This document shows positions 1 to 10,100 of a DNA stretch of 64,000 nucleotides, in pieces (position 1 is the first letter of the stretch; every line of letters begins with the position of its first letter). Location: the NCBI GenBank assembly GCA_030613005.1, contig JAUWMV010000006.1, positions 22,298-86,297 of the forward strand, written 5' to 3'. This DNA is from a bacterium (GTDB taxonomy: Bacteria > UBP14 > UBA6098 > B30-G16). The notes under the pieces were generated by a model. It was not told the origin of the DNA, did not search any database, and was given only the letters and a program-made list of their open reading frames with translations. Position numbers and translations under genes: made by a program.

Positions 1-170
1 GTTAAATAAAATGACGCATTCGATTACAAAGGTTTTACAGGAATTTTAAAGGCATGGAAAATTCCACTGTTATGTTTAAAGGTGATTTGCTTGTTTTTCT
101 ATGTAGCATAATTATTTTTGACAATAGTTTATCTCGACTGGAAGATTAATAAAACGAACAGAGGTAAAAA

Positions 171-1547
171 ATGCTCAAAGAATACGCCACAATTATCGAA
201 GTTGCTGGACCGTTGCTTTTGCTTGACGACATCGAAGGCGCAACTTTTGAGGAGTTAGTTATAATAACACTTCCTGATGGCGCCGAGAGAAGAGGGAAAG
301 TTCTCGAGGTTAATGGCAAAAGAGCGCTCATTCAGCTTTTTGAGGGTGCTTCAGGGGTCGATGTGGAGGAATCCAGGGTTAGGTTTCTTGGTAGGGGTAT
401 TGAATTAGCTCTTTCGTTGGATATGTTGGGCAGAGTTTTCGATGGAACAGGAAGACCAATCGATGGTGGTCCCGACATTATCCCGGAAAAGACATTAGAT
501 ATTAACGGTGCACCGATAAATCCTTATGCGCGTGAGTTCCCCCGAGAATTCATTCAAACTGGCATTTCTGCGATCGACGGTTTAAATACACTTGTTAGAG
601 GTCAGAAACTTCCAATTTTTTCCGGTTCAGGACTTCCGCACAATAGATTTGCTGCACAAATAGCTCGTCAGGCAAAAGTTATTACTGGCGAACAATTTGC
701 CGTAGTTTTCGGTGCAATGGGCATAACATTTGAGGAAGCTCGGTTCTTTCAGGATGAGTTTACTGAAACCGGTGCAATTGAAAGAACAATCCTCTTCCTA
801 AATTTAGCTGACGATCCAGCAATCGAACGTATTGCCGCACCACGTATGGTTCTGACTGCTGCAGAGTTCCTTGCATTCGATAATGATATGCATGTTTTAG
901 TTATTCTGACAGATATGACGAATTATTGCGAGGCATTGCGGGAGGTTTCGGCAGCAAGAAAGGAGATTCCTGGACGGCGTGGATATCCCGGATATTTATA
1001 TACCGACCTTGCGTCAATATATGAAAGAGCGGGTAGAATCAAAGGCAGGAAAGGTTCTATTACACTAATTCCAATTCTTACAATGCCAGAGGATGACAAA
1101 ACTCATCCTATCCCAGACCTTACCGGATATATAACCGAGGGACAAATCGTTCTTTCAAGACAACTTCACAGAAGAGACATAATGCCACCAATCGATGTTC
1201 AGCAATCGCTTTCTCGTCTTCGCCAGAAAGGTATAGGTCCAGAAAGAACCCGTGAGGATCACGATGATTTGTTCGGGCAGATTTATGCTGCTTATGCCAG
1301 AGGTATTCAGGCAAGAGAGCTTTCGATAATATTAGGCGAAGCAGCTCTTACAGAAATGGATAAGAAATATTATGATTTCGCCGAGAGATTTGAGCATGTT
1401 TATATTGGTCAAGGCGAATATACCGATCGGTCTATCGAGGATACGCTCGATCTATCGTGGGAATTGCTTTCTGTATTTCCTAATATGGAATTGAAGCGAA
1501 TACGTAGTGAATTTCTCGAGAAATATATGCCAAAATATAGGAAATAA
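171..1547 (+). CDS. atpB: V-type (A/V) ATP synthase subunit B
   Basis: 458-aa ORF with A/V-type B-subunit motifs ([51 protein letters not shown]). SD-like AGAGG lies 6 nt upstream of ATG 171. Confidence 0.9.
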   Translation: MLKEYATIIEVAGPLLLLDDIEGATFEELVIITLPDGAERRGKVLEVNGKRALIQLFEGASGVDVEESRVRFLGRGIELALSLDMLGRVFDGTGRPIDGGPDIIPEKTLDINGAPINPYAREFPREFIQTGISAIDGLNTLVRGQKLPIFSGSGLPHNRFAAQIARQAKVITGEQFAVVFGAMGITFEEARFFQDEFTETGAIERTILFLNLADDPAIERIAAPRMVLTAAEFLAFDNDMHVLVILTDMTNYCEALREVSAARKEIPGRRGYPGYLYTDLASIYERAGRIKGRKGSITLIPILTMPEDDKTHPIPDLTGYITEGQIVLSRQLHRRDIMPPIDVQQSLSRLRQKGIGPERTREDHDDLFGQIYAAYARGIQARELSIILGEAALTEMDKKYYDFAERFEHVYIGQGEYTDRSIEDTLDLSWELLSVFPNMELKRIRSEFLEKYMPKYRK

Positions 1548-1658
1548 GTAATCCTAATATATTTTCCTATTGGCTAAATTTGAAATCTAACAGAATATAT
1601 TAAGGACGGTTTTTCTATAATCTTTGATATGTTTATAAACTATATGGGAATTATACCT

Positions 1659-1686
1659 TTGACCTTTTTCGAGCAAACCTTAATAT
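1659..1686 (+). promoter_or_regulatory. candidate sigma70-type promoter (TTGACC-16-TAATAT) abutting the ORF at 1696
   Basis: -35 TTGACC at 1659-1664, 16-nt spacer, -10 TAATAT at 1681-1686. The ATG at 1696 is only 9 nt downstream and has no SD. Confidence 0.35.
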
Positions 1687-1695
1687 ACTTTCAAG

Positions 1696-3195
1696 ATGAT
1701 GAAACATTCGATAGTTCAATATAGAATAATTTTTTCGATTGCATTTTTTGTTTGCTTTCAGGAAGTGTTTTCCGTAGAGGGAATAAGTCCACCTCGAAGA
1801 GAACCTGACCTTAAATTGGAACTGGAAGAGGATATAGCGGCAGATCCCATTGTTTTTGAAAGTCTAATAGAGCTTTCTTTTCGCAATTATATTAAGAGAG
1901 ATTCACTTCTGCTCGAGAGGAATATTTGGGCAAAAGCAGGTAACTTCGGTTTAATTGGGGGTGGAAGCGTTTATAATAAAATGTTTTCAATCATAGTTGA
2001 CGGTGGTATCGATAACATAATTAGCGAGTTTAATTTCGCTAATGTTGATGGGATTTACAGAAGTAAGCTTAACGATCTATTCTATTTTAATTCCAAAGCG
2101 AATATTAATTATAGCAAGCGTTTTTATGAAGCCTGGTATCCATCGATTTGGAATGCGGAACTGGAAGCAAATGTGCAATTCCCATGGTCTGATGGAATAG
2201 CGGTTGGTGGTTTTAAACTCAAGGCGTTCGACGAGAAAAATTACCCAATTTGGAAATTGTCGAAAGATACAATAGATATACAACTTTGCGAATATAAGGA
2301 AGTTATAGGAGAGCTTCAGGGAAGAATTCATAAGCTGGTTTACAACGATTGGGGAATGTATAGTGAGTTAACTTCAGATAAAGCATGGAGAATCGATCTT
2401 ACAAAGACTGAGAAAGCAATAGATTTCTCTATAGGGGGATTTAGATTGGTGAAATTTGGTATTGTCAGGTTTGGCGTTGAATACTCCACGAATTGGCGCA
2501 GTTCTTTGATTAGACCGTTTTTTGCTGTTCAATATTCTACTCCTCTTCTTTTACTCGATACTCGTTATGGAATTTCTAATAATCTAAACTATGCTTCTCA
2601 TATAACTAAAATCGAACCTATCGTCTATCCAACCGAGTTACGTTTCGGTTTGAGAGAATCGCTTTCGGTGTCGGTAAATTCCCGAATTAAGGGAATTGTT
2701 ATTACATTTACCGGTACGCTCGGAAGAGAAAATGGACATTCGTATATTTCCTCTGACGATAATTGGGGTTATAAATCTAATATCGATGATATTAATATAT
2801 TGAAAGGACTTGTCACATTTGAAATCCCAAAAAAAATCCGCGGCATAGAATTTAATTTTTTCCTGCAATCTAAGGCAGATTACTCAACGTTTGTGAAAGG
2901 CGGAGATGTGCCCTTAAGCCCCAAAACGAAAACATACATAAAAGTTTCAGCCAAACCATTAAGCTGGTTCGAGATTTGGGGAGGTTATAAATATTTTTCG
3001 GGAGTTAAACTTTCATATAAGGGTGAATGGAAAAGACAGTTTGTCGATTTTTCGGGAGGAATAAAATTAAAATACAGGAACACATATTTATATCTCGAGT
3101 CCGAGAAAATAAATCAAACCGAATCGTTTATTTTTCCTTATCTCCAATATAATGAGCGAGATATACGAGTTGGAGTAAATGTTGAATTATTATAA
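1696..3195 (+). CDS. hypothetical exported protein, possibly an outer-membrane beta-barrel
   Basis: 499-aa ORF with a hydrophobic N-terminal signal-like segment (IIFSIAFFVCFQEVFS). The sequence is aromatic-rich with alternating hydrophobicity. No family recognised, so the product is a guess. Confidence 0.45.
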   Translation: MMKHSIVQYRIIFSIAFFVCFQEVFSVEGISPPRREPDLKLELEEDIAADPIVFESLIELSFRNYIKRDSLLLERNIWAKAGNFGLIGGGSVYNKMFSIIVDGGIDNIISEFNFANVDGIYRSKLNDLFYFNSKANINYSKRFYEAWYPSIWNAELEANVQFPWSDGIAVGGFKLKAFDEKNYPIWKLSKDTIDIQLCEYKEVIGELQGRIHKLVYNDWGMYSELTSDKAWRIDLTKTEKAIDFSIGGFRLVKFGIVRFGVEYSTNWRSSLIRPFFAVQYSTPLLLLDTRYGISNNLNYASHITKIEPIVYPTELRFGLRESLSVSVNSRIKGIVITFTGTLGRENGHSYISSDDNWGYKSNIDDINILKGLVTFEIPKKIRGIEFNFFLQSKADYSTFVKGGDVPLSPKTKTYIKVSAKPLSWFEIWGGYKYFSGVKLSYKGEWKRQFVDFSGGIKLKYRNTYLYLESEKINQTESFIFPYLQYNERDIRVGVNVELL

Positions 3196-3248
3196 CTTAA
3201 TGATTTACATATAATTAAAAAATTCTTCTACTTATTTAAATTAAGTGC

Positions 3249-3277
3249 TTGCCAAAATCTATTCGAACTAATATAAT
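3249..3277 (+). promoter_or_regulatory. near-consensus sigma70-type promoter (TTGCCA-17-TATAAT)
   Basis: -35 TTGCCA at 3249-3254, 17-nt spacer, -10 TATAAT at 3272-3277. The start codon (TTG 3283 / ATG 3286) follows 6-8 nt later with no SD. Confidence 0.45.
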
Positions 3278-3285
3278 TTGCGTTG

Positions 3286-4107
3286 ATGAATGCTTTAATT
3301 CATACACAGTTTAGCAGACTAAGAATATTCTTCCGAAGACCAGTAAGATCAATTGTTCAACTGTTCTTTGTGGCGATTTTTATTGGTCTGATTATTTTTA
3401 TTATAGATCCAACCGAAATACATGAAATTTGTCCGTGGGCGATCGTAGAATCACCAATTTTGGCAACATTAGTTTCGTGCAATCTCTTTTGGATTTCAGG
3501 CATGATTATTGGGTTAGTCGGCATAATAGCAACATTGTTCTATCCTAGACCATTTTGCGGATGGGTTTGTCCTCTTGGCACACTATTCGATTTCCTCGGA
3601 GATTTGGGTCGAAAACTAAGAATTGTCGCAAAACCTGTTCCTCACTGGCTCAATGAGAAGATGAGATATTTCTCCTTCGGAGTATTGATAATAGTTGTTT
3701 TAGGAACAATTGTTAGCAGACGTGTTATCTGTATTTACGGATGTCCGATTTATTGGCTATGCGCAATGTGGAAGTTATCAATTCCTATATTTACTGCGAT
3801 TTTTGTATTATTTGTGCTTTTGTTGTCGATGAGAGTTAAGAGGGTATTTTGCAGATATATTTGCATTTATGGTGCGTTAACTTCGCTTTTTAGTGCGTTT
3901 GCTCGCAAAAGATTGTATCTAAATCTGGAGGTTTGCGATTATTGCACTCTGTGCAGAGTTTGTCCTATGGGAATAGACGTAATCTATGGGCTTGTTGTAG
4001 AAAGCAGGCATTGCATTTCTTGTGGTGAATGTGTGTATTCATGTGTTAAATCAGCTTTCTCATGGGAAAAAGTGACGTTAGAAATCGATAGGAGAAAAAA
4101 TGGCTGA
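3286..4107 (+). CDS. NapH/MauN/NosR-type membrane polyferredoxin (4Fe-4S binding protein)
   Basis: Polytopic membrane ORF with CX3C(P) motifs (FCGWVCPLG, CIYGCPIYW, CRYICIYG) and two C-terminal ferredoxin clusters (CDYCTLCRVCPMG, CISCGECVYSCV). The start could be TTG 3283 or ATG 3286. Confidence 0.75.
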   Translation: MNALIHTQFSRLRIFFRRPVRSIVQLFFVAIFIGLIIFIIDPTEIHEICPWAIVESPILATLVSCNLFWISGMIIGLVGIIATLFYPRPFCGWVCPLGTLFDFLGDLGRKLRIVAKPVPHWLNEKMRYFSFGVLIIVVLGTIVSRRVICIYGCPIYWLCAMWKLSIPIFTAIFVLFVLLLSMRVKRVFCRYICIYGALTSLFSAFARKRLYLNLEVCDYCTLCRVCPMGIDVIYGLVVESRHCISCGECVYSCVKSAFSWEKVTLEIDRRKNG

Positions 4108-5041
4108 TACTGTTTTCATTATTAGTAAAAATCGCTCTGATTCTTTGAATTTTCACGATCTCCTCGTCGAGAAAGGGTTCGAGGTTTTAATAATTGATAA
4201 TTCTATTGAAGCTATTGAACTTATTAGATCGACTAATCCGGATATGATTATTATCGATGCTGAATCTCCAGAAACCAACGCATTCGACCTTTGCAGAGAT
4301 ATTAAATCAGATTATGGTACTTCGTACATTCCGATTATTATACTTACATCGAGTAAAGATATGTCATACGATTTGGAGGGTTTCGACGGTGCTGATGAAT
4401 ATTTTGTTAAAGGTAAAATCGATTATAATGAAATCATTCCAAAAATGAAAACAATACTTAGAAGAGTTAGGGCTAATATTGATGCCAATCCATTGACGGG
4501 ATTACCCGGAAATGCTCTTATAAAGCAGAAAATAATTAAATCGGTAAGGGGAAACGAGTCGTTTTCCGTTGCGTATTGCGATATCGACAATTTTAAACCG
4601 TTCAATGATTTGTATGGTTTTTCGAAGGGTGATCAGGTTATACTCATGGTTGCTAGAGTTCTGAAGAAGTGCATAAGACGATATGGAAGCACTGGAGATT
4701 TCCTTGGACATCTCGGTGGAGACGATTTTGTCATGGTTGGTAATCCTTTTACTATGAGAGATGTTGCCGGGGAAACCGTAAAGATTGTCAGTAGAAATTC
4801 TAAAAGGTTTTACGATGAAAAGCACAAAAAAGTTGGTGGGATAACTGGTATAGATAGAAATGGAATTCGGAGGTTTTTCCCGTTGTTTGGTTTGACTGTA
4901 GCCATTGTGGACATTGAACCACAAAGCGTTACCGCAACACCAGATCAAATTTCGTTTATTGCATCTAAAATTAAAGGGAAGCTTAAAAGGTACGGGGGCA
5001 ACATTTTTGGTGGATATGAGGTTTTATTAGCTGAAACTTGA
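4100..5041 (+). CDS. response regulator: receiver domain + GGDEF-family nucleotide cyclase domain with a GGDDF motif
   Basis: Receiver domain (VLIIDNS, DMIIIDAESPETNAFDL, IPIIILTS) followed by a GGDEF-like domain (NPLTGLPGN, YCDIDNFKPFNDLYGFSKGD, GHLGGDDFVMV). ATG 4100 overlaps the upstream stop by 8 nt. Confidence 0.8.
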   Translation: MADTVFIISKNRSDSLNFHDLLVEKGFEVLIIDNSIEAIELIRSTNPDMIIIDAESPETNAFDLCRDIKSDYGTSYIPIIILTSSKDMSYDLEGFDGADEYFVKGKIDYNEIIPKMKTILRRVRANIDANPLTGLPGNALIKQKIIKSVRGNESFSVAYCDIDNFKPFNDLYGFSKGDQVILMVARVLKKCIRRYGSTGDFLGHLGGDDFVMVGNPFTMRDVAGETVKIVSRNSKRFYDEKHKKVGGITGIDRNGIRRFFPLFGLTVAIVDIEPQSVTATPDQISFIASKIKGKLKRYGGNIFGGYEVLLAET

Positions 5042-5217
5042 TTTACTCTATAAAATAAACCACAGATTTTTTAAAGATTACCAAGAATTATTTGCAATTT
5101 TATAACTTCGATGATAAATTCTTTCGATTCTTATTAAAGATAAACCGACCATATTAATTTTTATAATTCATTCCTAATGATATTCATTTGGGAAAAAGAA
5201 TTTTTATAATTTCGGTT

Positions 5218-6705
5218 ATGCACGATATAAAAGTTAAATTATTTCTATCTATTCTTCTTTTTGGAACCATTGCGTTTTGTGGAGATTTAACTCTAATGCC
5301 AGACCATTTCCTTAATGAACTTGCTGAAGATTTAGAACTAAGGGGAATTATTCCTGCTCAGCCTGGCTATAGACCGTATTCTACAACTGAATTGTTAAAA
5401 GCAGTTTCGGAGAACCCAGATGTATTTTACACTTCTCGAACAAAAAGAATTCTCAACCGAATAATAGTTCCAGATAGGGCATGGTTTATGTGGACACCTG
5501 GTGTTTGGTATGGCAGCGACTGGGAAAAGGATAAAACAACTGGTTATGGTCGAATGAAAATTGGTATTGGTGGTATTCATAAAGATTTTAGCCTTGTTGG
5601 CATATATAGGTTGGATAGCGGTTGGTATTACGACCCGGAATATTTTGGTGGAAGATGGGAACGAGTTTCAGGTAAGTCGGATCAGGTGTATTTACGATGG
5701 AGAAAAGGGGATTATTCCGTTCAATTGGGGCGAGATTACCTTAGTTATGCTCTTGGGATGTGCCTTTCAGGAAAAAAGCCTATCGAGAAAGTTCAAGCTA
5801 CATTTAGGTTTGGTAAATATTTCAGAACTCACTGGTTTATTGGTCAACTGGATGAATACGTGGATTATGCTGATGAGGAAAAAAAAATTTACGAGCGATA
5901 TCTTGCTGGTCATAGAATAGAAATTTCCAGCGGACCTTTTTTGTTCGCATTTAACGAATTAATGCTTTTCGGTGGTGTTGGAAGGAAAATTGAATTCTAT
6001 TATTTGCTTCCTCTTTACACGCTTCACGGAGAACAGTTGAATCACAGATGGGACGACAACACCTTGTGGAGTATCGATTTAAGGTTTTTGATGCCACCTT
6101 TGAGTCTGTGGGGAGAAATTATGGTGGATGATTTTCAAATCGATAGAGAAACCGCAGCAGATCGAGAACCTATGGAATTTGGTTTTGCATTTCAAACAGA
6201 TTACGGTTTAAGCTTTAAAAATTTTTTCTTGACCCCAAATCTACGGTTCGAGCTTGTGACAAATAGAACATATAACCAGCAACATTCGTGGAATAGATTT
6301 CTATATGAAAATAAATCTCTCGGAACAGAAGTTGGAAATGATTTTCATAAATTTTCAGTTGGAACAAAATTTTTTTCAAAAAATTTTGGTGGGAAGGTTA
6401 ATTTTTTTCATTTAGAAAAGGGAGAGGGTAGAATTGATGATGAATGGATTACTCCATGGATAGAAGACCCAAGTTGGACAGAATCATTTCCCTCTGGAAC
6501 AATTGAAATAAAAAATGGAACTGAGATTTTATTTTTTTGGGACAAAAATATTTATTTGCATAAAAACTTTTCCTTCGACTTTGATCTGCGGTTCGACACA
6601 AAAATTAGTTCGGTTCGAAATGCAGGGCATCATAAGGATAAAACCCGCACGGAATGGGAGTTTAAGATAGATATAGGTATTGAATCTATGATTTTAGGAC
6701 TCTAA
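5218..6705 (+). CDS. putative outer-membrane protein, capsule-assembly Wzi-like
   Basis: Signal peptide MHDIKVKLFLSILLFGTIAFC. The N-terminal helical motif LNELAEDLELRGIIPAQPGYRPYSTTELLKAV resembles the Wzi family, and the rest is aromatic and Gly rich. An alternative TTG start exists at 5188. Confidence 0.5.
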   Translation: MHDIKVKLFLSILLFGTIAFCGDLTLMPDHFLNELAEDLELRGIIPAQPGYRPYSTTELLKAVSENPDVFYTSRTKRILNRIIVPDRAWFMWTPGVWYGSDWEKDKTTGYGRMKIGIGGIHKDFSLVGIYRLDSGWYYDPEYFGGRWERVSGKSDQVYLRWRKGDYSVQLGRDYLSYALGMCLSGKKPIEKVQATFRFGKYFRTHWFIGQLDEYVDYADEEKKIYERYLAGHRIEISSGPFLFAFNELMLFGGVGRKIEFYYLLPLYTLHGEQLNHRWDDNTLWSIDLRFLMPPLSLWGEIMVDDFQIDRETAADREPMEFGFAFQTDYGLSFKNFFLTPNLRFELVTNRTYNQQHSWNRFLYENKSLGTEVGNDFHKFSVGTKFFSKNFGGKVNFFHLEKGEGRIDDEWITPWIEDPSWTESFPSGTIEIKNGTEILFFWDKNIYLHKNFSFDFDLRFDTKISSVRNAGHHKDKTRTEWEFKIDIGIESMILGL

Positions 6706-7184
6706 GTTTTCCTTGACATTCAGAAATTAGAGGACTTATTTTTCCAAAATAAGCATAGGAGATTTTTGAATTCTATAAACAAAATTGGCTTGACAAAGCT
6801 AATGCCTTTAAATACCTTTTGCCAAAGATTTAAAGCTTTGAGGTCTTTTATATTTTAGCTTTGTATACGTGTTACGGTGTATTGCCTTAGTGAGTGTTGA
6901 GGGTTAAGGAGTTACTCTATTTTGAGATTTCGTTTTTCGAAAAATTTGTGATTTGTGAATTGAAAATATAATTTTTTGAAATTGGTGAGGAATTTTGTCT
7001 TTAATTTTAATTACAGCTTTTGAAATTTTTGGGTACTATGCTGTTTTACATTTACGGAATCGAGCAGACAACAAAGATGTCAAAGATATAATAATTTCAA
7101 GGAGGTAGAATTGTGACGGGCTGCAAATTTGTAAAAGATTATGAAGTAGAATGTACAAAAACCTTAATGAGAAAGGAGCACGGT

Positions 7185-10100
7185 ATGAGAGGGAGAGGTG
7201 CACTCATTCTGTTGTTAGGACTGCTGGTATTCAGCGGCGCATTTGCGCAGGGTACTGGCAGTGACTGGCAGTATTTCAATGTGTTCAATTTAATTAGGGA
7301 CTCCTATGGAACACAAATCCCTAGTAATTACACCACAAGCTTCGGAACTGTCACGTCCTTTACCCCAGCAAGGGAAAAGGGATGGACAACTTTCGAGTCA
7401 GGTAGTAGGGTAACGGAAACTGGTGTGTATGGTTTGCCAGAAGTTGACAATGTACATTGGTACGATGAACGACTTATCCCATTAAGACATGACCGAGCGG
7501 TTCTTAGGCTCGATCTCCTTGCAGCATCCAGTGATATTTATATTACCGGTATCAAACTTACTATTTGGGGTACAAAGGATTTCGATCCTAACGAGGATTT
7601 AGCTCCTCTAAAACCATCCGATGCAAGAATATTCTATGATACTTGGCCTACTGAAGAGGATAAGTGTACGGGTGTTCAATTTTACGTTGATAGGGATGAT
7701 GGTATTCCAGCTCATGCTGCAAGTTGCGATATTTTTGACATTACCGATGTCGAAGGACTCCCAGAAAGAATTTTAGAATCGAAGAGAACATATTATGTAG
7801 ACTATTCCGCACCGGTCGGCGGAGGAGGTGTTCCAGCAGACTCTTTTGTATATGACCCGGACGATCCAGGCGATCCCACATTGAAATGGATTAAAGTAGA
7901 AGCTAACTTTGCGATTCCCAGAGATACAATCGAAATCAACCAAAAATGGAACAAATGGATTGCTGTATTCCCATTTAATAATGCTATAGCAATTCCTGCA
8001 CAATCCGGTTGGACTGGTAAGAATTTGCCTTTCAAAAGGATGTGGATTGTTATAAAAACCACAGGTTGTCACGGTTGTGGGTTTGAAGAGGAAGAAGAAT
8101 ATGGCGATGAGGGTACTTCCTTTATGGTTGGTGGTCCTATTGAAGGACTTTCGAAGGCGGATACGTTCTATATTGGTGTAGATCACAATACACATATTGA
8201 TTGCTATATTAATAATTTCTATCAGCATAAATCTATACCTCCTGTTGGAAAGGTTGAAGTTAGACCTACACATGGTATACCCAGCCGTCCTACAGCTGGA
8301 AGATGGAAAAAAGCTGAATTTTTGTATGGCGTTGAAGATTTCAAACCTCAGATTTTCAATCTTTATCCAGCTAACTTAGTTGGTTCCAATGGACCTCATT
8401 CCGATGCAATTAAAGTTAATAATGAAGACTGGGAATATGGCTTTCTTACTCGTGATGAGTATGAGTGGGCTTCAGATCCCTCTCGACCGACATCTGATAA
8501 CTACTACATTTATACTGCTGATGCAACTCAACTTATTTCATTTACCGCCCAGGATAAACAAACGTGCATCGAGTCTGCATTCGTTGAAATTCGATATCTT
8601 AATGGTGGGAATTTCCCGGGACGTATCGATTCGATATTCTTTAGGAATCCTATGGCATTACCTTGGGATACTGCGAATGGTGGCATTGGAACAGGTTGGA
8701 TAACATATATTATTGGTGATGGAAACGACGCCGATAATCACCCAACACCTGGCAAGACTTCAGGCTGGGGTATCAATGATGAAGTTGCTGGTATTATGGA
8801 TGATAGCATTTGCGGAAGAGATTCTTTCTATATTGCGGTGGGTAACGATGGCACAAGTGGCTATGGTGAATATCTAGATCCATTCCTCGATGGTGCTGTT
8901 GTGAAAGTTACCGTGAGAGTCTTTAACAGAACCACTCATTGGGATATGGTTCGAAATACAACTAGAACTACAGCTAATGCATGGGCTGAGACGTCATGGA
9001 TATTCATAGTCGACCTTTCCGGACCTAATGCATCCTTAATATGTCCAGAAGCTCTCAATCATGATAATGAGACTCGTGAGTTCCGGAATTATGAGGCATA
9101 TCCTGTAGGTAATTGGAACTTCAACAGATTTGATAATATTGAAAATTTGGTAGTTCCATATCTCTGGCTCGCAGATTCGCTTCCGGTCTTTACAATAGAA
9201 ATTTTTGACGATTATTGGAGAATCCATGACACAGATAATCATGGTCCCAGATATACAGGTGCCGAAGGTGGATCTGGCTTCAATCAAAGAGATTTCACTT
9301 TCCATTTCTGGGTTCAAAGAAAAGGAGCTGGCACGGAATCAGGAATTTTCAGAGGTGAAACTCCATATTCTATCCGTATTTCAGAATCTGATATGTGGAA
9401 ATGGTATGATCCTTGTGTCGGAGATTCGGTTCAGGGAGTTTATTTCGATGAATACGATAATGGTACCGGTGGAATACTATATATAAACTTCGAATATTTA
9501 CATCGCTCACCGTATCGAGCCGACAACAATAACTTTATACTTTATTCTGGAGACAAGGTATATATAGTTGCAACAGAGATATATGATGACCCGGATTATG
9601 GTCAGGGTAATCAGAAATTTAGTGAGCTTTCTTACGGTTCAATAGATCTGTATCCTTCAGGAAGTATGTGTGGTATCGATGGAAATGATCCCAATTACGG
9701 ATCGAAGACATCAAATCGAAATCACGTTCCGCTCTGGCCTGTTACTTGCGAAGGTTACTCGTCTTATAGTCCTGATACTCTTGGTATCGTGAGAATTGAC
9801 CTTAAGGGACCGTATGCACCAGATTATTCTTTCTATCCTCCACACGGTTGGATCACATCCGATACAACTCAGGTTATTACAGTCGATCTTTTCGATAGAA
9901 TTGGTTATATTGATGTAGACGATGAAATTTATTTCAAAGATTCAGTTAAGGCAGATACATATAATCCACTGTATTTCGGTGTCTCCGGTGTCAATGCTGA
10001 TTCAATTATTATGAATATTAAAGTACGCAGTTGCGATGGAAGATGGCATCCATATTATGGAGGTGCTGAAGGTCGCAATTTCGTTATCAATAGAACTGGT

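Noticed and set aside
54-149. A 31-codon ORF upstream of atpB, and the absence of V-ATPase A and D genes next to B.
   Set aside because: The window starts too close to judge what lies upstream. The small ORF has no SD and no recognisable family. The operon order cannot be evaluated from one gene.
7113-7184. GTG 7113 as the start of the giant gene; it has a good AAGGAGG SD 7 nt upstream.
   Set aside because: ATG 7185 also has an SD and is followed immediately by a classical signal peptide. The 24 extra residues (MTGCKFVKDYEVECTKTLMRKEHG) would bury it. This is not fully excluded, and dual initiation is possible.
7773-8273. Long antisense ORFs inside large genes (for example 7773-8273, 4502-4948, 28818-29249, 30717-31151, 40502-40846).
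   Set aside because: Each lies fully inside a gene with strong family motifs on the opposite strand. They have odd composition and no SD. These are typical shadow ORFs.
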